Shown: in pieces, positions 54,522-64,000 of the stretch
Layout of the letters: each line of letters opens with the position of its first letter
Numbering within the stretch: position 1 is the stretch's first letter
Assembly: GCA_033442325.1 (NCBI GenBank)
Contig: JAWQFM010000011.1
Span: forward strand, 1,075,162-1,139,161
Length of the DNA: 64,000 nucleotides
Direction of reading: 5' to 3'
Source: Salpingoeca rosetta
Lineage: Eukaryota > Protista > Choanoflagellata
Notes under the pieces: generated by a model
The model's input: the letters and a program-made list of their open reading frames with translations, nothing else
What the model was told of the DNA's origin: nothing
The model's database searches: none
Position numbers and translations under genes: made by a program

Positions 54522-55924
54522 CCCAACGTTCAGCCACGGCTTGCGTTGCCACTGACCGTCCTGAGGAGGCGGAGATGGGAGGAGGAGACGACGTGTTGCG
54601 GGCGGTCGCGCTCGGCCCGGCGAAGCAGCTCCCCAGCCCACAGATAGCAAATCTCCACCTGCGCCTCGCACGTTTCCAAAAGCTCCCGCTCCTCGTGGGT
54701 GAGCAGGCCGGCGTCCATGAAGCTCTGCAGGTCTGGGTAAAGCTTACGGAAGCTGGTGGAGATGCGCTGGAAGGTGATGCCCATGCCGAGCAGGATCCAC
54801 CGCATAAACGTCCATCGCACGTGCAGGCTGCCAGGGGCGAGGAAAGGCGAGGAAAAGCGGGGAGTGGTGGTGATGGTTGTGGTTGTGGTGGTTGTCGTGG
54901 TTGTCGTGGAGGTGAACGAGTGGGAATGGTGGTGGTGTGAGCATGAGACGCACGAGAAGCAAGGCATTGGAACGCACGCACAGCATTGGAACGCACGCAC
55001 AGCATTGGAACGTGCGCACAGCATTGGAACGTGCGCACAGCATTGAAGCGTATGCATATATGCATGCGGAGAGATGAACAGCAGCAGAGTGAAGCATCCA
55101 AAGCACATGTCAGAGCAGGCAGGCCAAAAAAAAAATAAAAATAAGAAAGAAAGCAAACAACAACAGACACATAGACAGCACTGCCAAGCGGTCACACACG
55201 GCAGTGGCGTCTCACCCCTCTGGGCCATCACGGTCGTCCATGTCGTGAATGAGAATGGCAATCTTGCCGATCCAAGGGATGGCTTGCCACTGGCTCCACC
55301 AGCGCCCGTAGACTTGTGTGACGTAGAAGCCCAGCACAAAGGTGAGGGGGATCAAGCCCTGAAAGCTCTTGCAGTAGGAGAAGAACGCCTCCATGCGGGA
55401 CTGCACATGGTCATCGGACAGACGGTACACGGCTCCGACGATGCCGTACATCAGCAGCCAGATCAGCAGCTCTGGCACCACAGCCTGCAATGGAGTTGTG
55501 ATGCGAAGGTGGGGGTGTGAGCGCATGCATGGTGTGAGAGAACAGGATGACGAGCAGGCGCGGGTGCAGGCGCGGGTGCAGGCGCGGGTGCAGACGCGGG
55601 TGCACGCAAGGGAAAGTACACTGGCAAAGGAGTGTAGGCTGGGGAAGTGCACTGACAAGGCGTGCAGACTCACGCATACACACACACACACACACATGCA
55701 AACAAACACACACACACACACATGCAAACAAACACACGCACAACCACACACAACCACACACGCACCTGCCAGATGGAGTAGCGCCAGACGGAGAAGAGCC
55801 CCTGTCTAAAGATGGACAGTGGTTGTACATAGGAAGTTGACGACTGCTTGGACCGCCGTAGGTCCTTCTTCCACAACGGCGGGTCCTTCAAATGATCGTA
55901 CGGATCAGGGTTGAAGATGCCCAT
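53066..55924 (-). CDS. Bestrophin-family anion channel (metazoan-type), 5 exons, degenerate Ca2+ clasp
   Basis: SVWRYSIWQ; [28 protein letters not shown]; AGLLTHEE; [27 protein letters not shown]; [15 protein letters not shown]|[14 protein letters not shown]. Confidence 0.93.
54964..55046. repeat. 19-bp minisatellite GCATTGGAACGYRCGCACA, about 4.3 copies, in a bestrophin intron
   Basis: Direct read; two copies of one variant followed by two of another. Confidence 0.9.
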
Positions 55925-56564
55925 GATGCTTTGGGGTGCAACGTGGAGGCGAGGTGGAGGTGGGAGTGTTGCAGCGAGCGAGCGAGCCAGCGGCCACAAC
56001 TCAGACTCGTTGACGACAGCACAAAAGGTAGTCACACAATCTCCTGCCGTTTTGTTTGTTTGTGTGTGGCGCTTTCCTTTTCCTTCTGATCGCGATCGCC
56101 GCTGTATCCCTGCCGCTACCTCTCTTGTGTTCTGTTTATTGGCGCCGCCTTGAGTGTGCCCTGCCCAACGAACCATTGGCTCCCCCCTCTCTCCCGTGAC
56201 TGCCTTTCAAGTGCAAGCGTCGTTTGCGTTTGCGTTTGCGTGTGTGTGTTGATTCGGTTTGTCAATTCCTTTCCATTTTGCGTGCGACAAAGCCCCCCCC
56301 CCCGCTTGACTTTACACCAGCGCACGTCATCGACAACAGCCGCCACTCTTGTTTGTTGTTGCGTGTTTTGTTTTGGTTTTGTGCTCTGACGCGTGGTTCG
56401 CTTCAAGCTAGAAGTGCAGCAAGCTCTGTGTTGTTCGCACAACCTTGACGACTGCTTGGTTCGTTGGTTCCTCAGTGACTTGCTTGGTTTTCTTCAAACG
56501 TTGCTGACTCGGGTCAAATCATCTGAATGGTCGAGCACTCCCAACTGCGCCCACGCCGTACACC

Positions 56565-57574
56565 ATGCCTTCATCTGACGATGACGACGCAAGTCAACAA
56601 GGGGAATCTACCATCGAGCCTCTCAATACACGGGAGGCGCGCCGGCCACTTCACCACATCGCTCGTGGACCAGTGGCTCGAGCAGCGCCTCTTCCTCCCT
56701 TAAGCATCCATCGTCGCCAGTCAATTGCTTCCTCCCGCGCAGACTCGGCCACCGCCGACCACACGCCGCCGCCTTCGTCAACCTCGTCCACCCCTCTTCT
56801 CGCCGCCTCACCCTCATCCTCGCGTTCCTCCTCAGCCGACTCATCGGCGCTCTCCTCGTCCTCCTCGTTGTGCTCGCCTTCCTCGAACGCGTCTCCCCTG
56901 CCAAACGCGTTTCCGCCGCATGCGCTCGCGCCGGCACTGGGCGAGCGGCAACGCGCAAGGTCCCACTCTCTCGATGCGGCGTGGCCGGCGCCCAATCACG
57001 CCAAGGACCCTGATGGCGGCGGCAACAGCATGATTGGCGCCGCCCTCGCTACACCGCCACGCACTGCCTGCAGCCCATCGTCAAAGATGCTCACGGCGAA
57101 GATGGTCACCAAGGAGATTGCGTATCTTGACGGCGCCGAGGATGGGTTTGGCCGCCGCCGCGGTGGCCGTACACGACGACCCAACAGGCGCAAAATCATC
57201 ATCAAGGAGCTCAAGAGCATCGGCCGCCTCGCTAGCATGACATCCCTGACCACCCTCTTCAGGTTGGTGTGGTGTGCCTGTGCGTCTGTGTGTCTGTGTG
57301 TCTGTGTTGGCGTTGCTTTTGCACACGCCTTTGCGTCCTCCCTTCTTTCACTCACTCACTCACTCTTTCACTCACTCACTCACGTTATTCGATGTCACGT
57401 GCGCCTGCATCTACCGCCATGGCAACAGTCTCGCTATCCTGGCCACCAACACGGCGTTTCTTGGCCATCTTGGAACGAACCAGCTTGCCGGCAGCTCCCT
57501 CGCACAGGCCTTCATGATTGTGCGTCTGCAACAAACATGCTGTTGTGGTCAAGTCCGTGTGTGTGTGTGTGTGT

Positions 57575-57608
<34 letters not shown>

Positions 57609-58600
57609 GAAAGTGGGTGAGCGTGCAGAATGGCGTTTTTTTGATCTCACGCGAGTATTCTCTGGTTCCTTCAACTGCAACGCTTGTCCTCTTGTCCATC
57701 ACAGCTTGCGACGCTGTTCATGTATGGCATGGCGAGCACCATCAACACGCTCGCATCGCAGGCCCACGGCGCCGGCAACAACTTGCTCGTCGGCACCTGG
57801 TTCCAGGTGTGAGTGTGTGCTTGTGTGTGTGTGTGTGTGTTTGTGCATTCTTCTTGTTTTTGTTTGTGTGCGCGCCCGTCGTATCATGGATTGCGATGCT
57901 TGCATGAGCACACCCTCACCTCACCTCACATCCCCATGTCACTTCTCCGCGTGTGCGTGTGTGTGTGTGCAGGTGTCCCTGGTTGGCACCACGGTTCTCT
58001 CTATTCCCGTCATCCTCATCTTCTGGTTTGCGGGACAGGTGAGCGCTTTTCGCAAGCATCGTGGCGCGTCATGCGATTGCGATTGTGCCTTGTGTGTGTG
58101 TGTTGTGTGTGTGTGTGTGTGTTGATTGTGAAGAGTGGCACGGCTGTTTCACTCACCGCATTATCATGTGCGTGCGAACGTGTGTTTGTGCGTATGTTTC
58201 TATTGCAGCTTGTGGGCCTGGTTGAGGAAAACGAAGACGTCATTCGCTTTGCCACGCTCTTTGCAAGGTCGCGCCCGTGTTTGTGTGCGCTTGCGTGTTC
58301 ATATGTGTGCCTGTAGCTTCTTGCGCGCGCGCGCGTGTGTGTGTGCATGAGCGAGACGCGTGTCCTCACCGCTTCGTGACCCCTATCAACACTACTGTGC
58401 AATGTACTCTCAGGTGGTCTGCGCTGACGGTTTGGCCAAACGGCGTCTACGCGGCCGCGTGCCAATACTACCAGGTGCCGCCCACCACTCAAATGCCCCC
58501 TTGACGCCCCTTGATGCATTTGCTGTCTTTGGCGCATGTGTGGTTGGTCGTCGCAAACAACACACAGAAATTCACACCATGTCCCCGTCTGCGTGTCTGT

Positions 58601-58675
<75 letters not shown>

Positions 58676-60053
58676 CGTGTATTTCTCTGTACGTGTATGT
58701 GTGTGTGTATGTCTGTGTGCGCCTGTCTGCCTATCTCCCTCTCCCCCCGTCCTTTGCGTGTGTGCACAGGTTCAAGACATTGTGGTTCCGGCCGCTGTTG
58801 TCAATTTCTTCGCCATCTTCGTCAACCTTGGATTCAACCAGGTGACGCCGCGCATACGCACGGCATCGACGCGCGCAGTGGCAACTGGGCAGTAGCGCGG
58901 ACCCGGGGGATAGAGGGCGTCACAGCATGTGAACGCTCGCACACACATACACACATACACATACACACACATACATACACCTACACACATACACGCGCGC
59001 TTGTCTTGCAACATTGTCTTGCAACATTGTTCACGACTGGCTCGTCCAACGTACACCCTGACTCATTCTGCTCTGCTGCGTGCTTCTGTTTCTCTCTTTG
59101 TCATCAGCTGCTCATTCACGGCGCATTTGGCTGGAGCGGCCTCGGTAAGCTGCGCAGATACCTGTGTACACGTGTACGTGCATGCACGCGTGCAGGAGTC
59201 GTAAATGTGAAATGCAGTGGATATCTTGTTCTTGTTCTTGGTCTCTCATTCTCTTACTCTCACACCACTGCACGTGGCGCGAATGCAATGCCAATCATCC
59301 ACGACTCACCGCCAACCACGATCGTGATCACCATCACGCCAGGGTTCGTTGGCAGTCCTCTGGCATCCACTGCCACATCCATCTTCCAGCTCTTCACCCT
59401 CTTCGCGTACACGTGCGTGCATGTTCGCGCGTGGCTTGCTTGTTCACTGAGTTTGGTTGCATGTGCCTGGGTGCGTGTGTGAGACTGTGGGCGTGTGTGT
59501 GTGCGTGTATGTGTATGTGTATGTGTGGGCGTGCGTGTATGTGTGTGTGTGACTAGGTTTTGACATGCTAGCGTTCACCGCGTGACACACACATTTTCAC
59601 ATTTGCGCACACTGCACCCAACGCCCGGCTGGTCGTTCCCGTCCATCTTGGCAGGATGTGGTATCGGAAGTTGCATGTGCCGACGTGGCCTGGCTGGCAC
59701 TTCAAGGAGGTCACAACGTCCCGCGTCATCGCTTTCATGAAGGTAGCAACACCACATGCACATGCACACGTGTAACTTGTGTGGTTGTGTGTGTGTGTAA
59801 GTGTGTTTCTATGAAGGGTGCTACTATGCACGTGTCTAACGCTGCGCTTTGTGCTTGTGCAACTCATCCCCTGGTGATTTTCCTTCAGCTCTCGCTCCCA
59901 AGCGGCCTCGCACTTGTCTTTGATGAAAGCGTCTTCCAGGTACAAGTCGCCGCACGCAACACACACACACTATGCAGCAACGTGCTCAAGTGTTCAAGTG
60001 CTTAGTCGTTGTTCTCTGCTCAAAGCGTCTTCCAGGTACAAGTCGCCGCACGC

Positions 60054-60093
<40 letters not shown>

Positions 60094-61644
60094 CTATGCA
60101 GCAACGTGCTCAAGTGTTCAAGTGCTTAGTCGTTGTTCTCTGCTCACCTCACTGCATTCTTGTACATGTGTGTTCGTATGTGTTCGTACGTGTGTGTGTG
60201 TGTGTGTGTGCAGGCGCTGGTGCTGATGGCTGGACGCCTCTCCGAGACAGACGTCGCTGCTCTTGGCATTGTATTCAACCGTACGTCAACAATGCACACA
60301 CACACACACACACATACTCTCTCTCTCTCTCTCACTCACACCCACACACTCACACGCTCTCCCACAACCATTGTTCTGCCCCCCCCCTGTCTCCTCTGCT
60401 TGGCGTGCAGTGTTTTCGTTTGTGTGGGGCTTGTGGTGGGGCATTGGCCTCGCCACACAGGTTCGCGTCGGCTTCAACCTCGGCGCTGGCAAACCATTCA
60501 GGGTACGCGGACCCCTGCATGCATACGGCCNNNNNNNNNNNNNNNNNNNNNNNNNNNNNNNNNNNNNNNNNNNNNNNNNNNNNNNNNNNNNNNNNNNNNN
60601 NNNNNNNNNNNNNNNNNNNNNNNNNNNNNNACACACACACACACATACACACACACACACACACACACATATCACACACACGCACACACACGCACGCATG
60701 GTTGCACCAGCTTCTTGTTCACCCGTGATCGCTGTTGCTCGCGTGTTTGACGATGCCTGCAGGCAAAACTCTCCTTCCTCCTCGGGTCAATCCTGACCCT
60801 TGTACTGAACATTTTCGTTTTCATCGCCTGCATTGGCCTTCGCGGCTACTTGGCGGTTCCTTTCTCAAAGTACGTGATTGGCTGAGCTTGCGCACCCTTG
60901 TGGAATGCTTGTTCCCCTGTGTTGTTTGTTATCTTGCTTGCTGCTTGCTGCGTGCTGCTTGCACAGGGTGACACCACTGATTTGTCTTCACTTTTGTTCG
61001 TTCATCCTGCCCCCCCTCTCTCCTACTCCATTGTACCCAATTGTGGTTCTCATTCAACTCCCCCGCTCCAAACGTGCTTCACTCACCACCATCATGGCTG
61101 GTTCGTGGCAGCTCGAAGCAAGTGCAGGATGCGACGGGCGATCTTGCAGAGGTGATGGCGCTCTGCTTCACCGCGTACTGTTTCGCAGGCAGCGTCCTCT
61201 CAACCCTCGAAGGTGATGCGTGGTGCTGGTGTTGCGTGGTGTGTAGTGTATTTTCTTGTGCGTTGTTGAAGGACGTGCATGGCATCTCATCAAGCCCGCA
61301 CATGCTGCCTCGTGTGTACATGCACACAAGTCTCGCCACTTCAACCAACAACAATCACACCAATGATCCTATCCTCTTCCCCAGCCCTCACGTTCTAACT
61401 TCCCTGCACACCCATTGACGCCACACCGTTGTTGCCTGCAGGCATGGGCCGCATCCTGGTGATGGCGGGCTTCCAGCTGGCATTTGCGTATGCGCTCTCG
61501 CTGCCGCTTGCATATGTCCTCTGCTTCAAGCTCGGGTTTGGAGCGCCAGGCCTTCTCCTCGGCACTGGCATCGGCGACTCGTTGAAGGTGCGCCAAGAGG
61601 GGCCAGCTGCAGTGCAACAGCGTCATGTGATGTGATGTGATGTG

Positions 61645-61716
<72 letters not shown>

Positions 61717-61927
61717 TCTTGCCAAAGAGCGAAGGCTGCACGATCGAGCGACGAGAGAATATGCACACAACAAACGCGACATATTCTTGCGCTCACGCTG
61801 CCCCCTCCTGGCCGTCCCCGCACGCCCCCGTCCAACAATGTTTTCCAGTTTGTGTGCTCGTTTGTGTTCTTCGTGCTGTCGACCAATTGGCGACAAGAGG
61901 TGTCAGATGCCATTGGCCGCTCAGAGT

Positions 61928-61964
<37 letters not shown>

Positions 61965-62334
61965 TGATGATGATGGTAGTGACGTGTTGGACGGGCCGTT
62001 GATCGTGAACCACGATAGCGGTGCTGGTGATGAGATCTCCACGGATGGCAGTGACGACACGGCCGACATCAGCTGCCCGTCCACATACCACTCCCTCACC
62101 AACTCCGCCACCACCACCAGCGCTACCACCACCACGGCCGCACCCCGAGCAACCCACCGCGAGCTTGCTGGTCCACCACACCGCCGCAACCGCCAGCAGC
62201 AGCAGCAGCAGCAGCAGCGTGTGTGGACGGATCCGTTTGGCGCTACATGGCGTCGGCGTCAGCGTGATGGCCGCGCTGATGGAGAAATGTCGGCATCACG
62301 GCTCCTGGACGAACGCACGCCCCTCATCAACTGA
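56565..62334 (+). CDS. MATE-family (multidrug and toxic compound extrusion) transporter, many exons, long Ser-rich N-tail and acidic C-tail
   Basis: AFLGHLGTNQLAGSSLA; YGMASTINTLASQAHGAGN; GFVGSPLA; TWPGW; LSLPSGLALVFDESVFQ; GIGLATQVRVGFNLGAGKP; YALSLPLAYVLCFKLGFGAPGLLLG; TNWRQEV. Confidence 0.93.
59926..60145 (+). repeat. Tandem duplication (96 bp + 124 bp) of a MATE exon 3' end plus 5' splice site
   Basis: AAAGCGTCTTCCAG|GTACAAGTCGCCGCACGCAAC(AC)nTATGCAGCAACG...TTCTCTGCTC occurs at 59926 and 60022, differing only in the (AC)n tract. Confidence 0.92.
60531..60630. other. Assembly gap (100 N, probably a placeholder length) in a MATE intron
   Basis: Exactly 100 N next to (CA)n. Confidence 0.99.
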
Positions 62335-62804
62335 TGCCCACCACTGGAGGCACATACAGTTACTTCCTTGCTTGTTCTGCGTTCGTTTGACTGTCTGCCC
62401 TGTTTGTTTGTTTGTTCGTTTGGTTGGTTGTTTGTTCGTGTGTGTGTGTGTGTGTGTGTTTGTTTGTTTGTTTGTTTGTTCTCTGTTTGACTGTCCATCT
62501 TTCTGTCTTTCTGTCTCTTTGTTATTCTGTTTCTTCTGTTTGTGTGGTCGAAGTTTACTGCGCGTGCCTCGCCCCACCCCTCCCTCGTTTCAGGGTCGTT
62601 GTTCATGCAGCTTTAGCACGTTGTTGCTGCTGCTTTGTTCTCGTTTTGGTTTACTGATGGGCAAGAGCCACCACACAATTCACACGACACACGTGCTCTC
62701 GAGTCCAGTCAAGTAACAGCGGGGGTGGGACGGGCACAATCAGCGCATGCACACGTGTGTGCGCCTGTCCTCCACACGCACGATTTGTTGGCAGTGTGTT
62801 GCAT

Positions 62805-63634
62805 TCACATAAAGTCGACTCCGAGTGACGCCCAGCCGCCAAGCAGCAGCAACCCTCCAATGGGGGTCACGGGGCCTGTCAAGAACATATGTATGATGGC
62901 AAGTGTCAAGAGACAACTTGGCTGGTGAGAATGTACATACGCGTAAGAGGAAAACGCACGCGCGGTTCACATGACGGCGAAGCATGCTCAAGAGCACATA
63001 CACCCTGACAAACGCACAAGCGTGCTCACACCCAGAATCGCACGAAAACACACGCACAGGACACGCAGCCGGAGGCACTCACCGAGGACCTTCCATCTTG
63101 TGAGTACGAGGCCATAGATGCTGCCGGAGAAAAGGATCGTGCCAAGGCTAAACAGGTTGGAAGTTCTGTTGCTGACTTGGTTCCCAAGTGTACCGCACAT
63201 GCACAGCATCACGCTGTGAACAAGCTGGTAGTGCGCGGCCGTCTCCCACGACTGCACAACGGGGGGAGGGGTTGTGTATGAGGTGTGAGCGTGGCGAGAA
63301 GAATGAAAAACAGCGGGACTCAAAACCGGAGAGCCACCGCCACCGCCACACATGTGTACACACGTGCATCTGTGCACACACACACACACACACGCGCGCG
63401 CAGCAAATACAAAGGCAACCACATTCATACACAAGCATGCGCACTCGTATTCAAACACAAGCACAAACACACACGCACACGACACAGAGGCATCCATACT
63501 TTGAGCAGGTGTTGGTCGGAGATGATGTTCTTGAGACCGTGTGCGCCAAAGGCCCCGAGCGCCACTGCTGCAAACCCAAAAAGCGCTCCCGTGCGCATCA
63601 CACTGGAAGAAGGAGACAACGGCAACGATGACAT
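62805..63634 (-). CDS. TMEM256: TMEM256 / DUF423 (YgdD-like) small membrane protein, 3 exons
   Basis: GALFGFAAVALGAFGAHGLK; SWETAAHYQLVHS; FSLGTILFSGSIYGLVL; GPVTPIGGLLLLGGW. The start ATG (MSSLPLSP) is the best guess. Confidence 0.9.
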
Positions 63635-63793
63635 GGCCAGCTGTGCTGCTTCGAGCTGTTGCTGTGCGGTTGGTTGCTGTGCTGGTCGTCTTCGTCTTTC
63701 GCCGTTTCCGCGCATCAAAGTTCTGAAGATTTGTTGGTGGCATTAACGACTTTCGACGATTTCCGCCGCCGAAACACGACCAGCCATCGCAAT

Positions 63794-63862
63794 ATGCCAC
63801 AGGTGTTCTTGGCGCTGCAGTGCTTCAACTGCGACGCGTTCCAAGTCCAGCAACAGAAGAAG
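63794..63862 (+). CDS. MRNIP: First exon of MRN complex-interacting protein (MRNIP/C5orf45-like); gene continues beyond the window
   Basis: MPQVFLALQCFNCDAFQVQQQKK|gt matches the N-terminal F.ALQCxxC..FQV.Q.KK zinc-ribbon start of MRNIP; only 23 codons are visible. Confidence 0.72.
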
Positions 63863-64000
63863 GTCGGGGAGTGCGGCCTGAAGATGACCCCTGTGGCGTG
63901 GAAGGAACAGCTTCAGTGTGCTAGTAGTGTTTTTGTGCTGCCTTGCTTGTTGGGTGCTGTGAGCGCGCACTTCAAGGCTCTGCTACATCATATCGAGTGC

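Noticed and set aside
54964-55046. Short direct repeats as a possible CRISPR array (also 59926-60145 and 48756-48978)
   Set aside because: No unique spacers, no cas genes, eukaryotic intron or promoter context.

Overview
Intron-rich, microsatellite-dense eukaryotic genomic DNA. The style (GT-AG introns filled with (CA)n/(GT)n, animal-like genes, poly-Q/poly-D runs) suggests a choanoflagellate such as Salpingoeca; that assignment is inference. I stitched exons by eye into 12 protein-coding genes: JmjC/cupin-8 hydroxylase (+), Gfo/Idh/MocA oxidoreductase (-), Spindly (+), COG1 (-), TBCCD1 (+), an intronless Myxococcus-type Cys-rich-repeat type I membrane protein (+), a giant VPS13B (-), RCL1 (+), bestrophin (-), a MATE transporter (+), TMEM256/DUF423 (-) and exon 1 of MRNIP (+). 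There are two assembly gaps. Most ORF-track entries are microsatellite read-through artefacts. Highlights: (1) a bestrophin whose acidic Ca2+ clasp is replaced by a His/Cys motif; (2) a full Spindly (CC1 box, Spindly motif, D-box, CaaX) with an E2F+CHR-like element just upstream; (3) introns with complementary simple repeats at their two ends that could pair; (4) near-perfect alternation of gene orientation, with start codons as little as 85 bp apart, broken only by the intronless Cys-repeat receptor. Family calls rest on recalled motifs, not database searches. I saw no RNA genes, CRISPR arrays or autonomous transposons.
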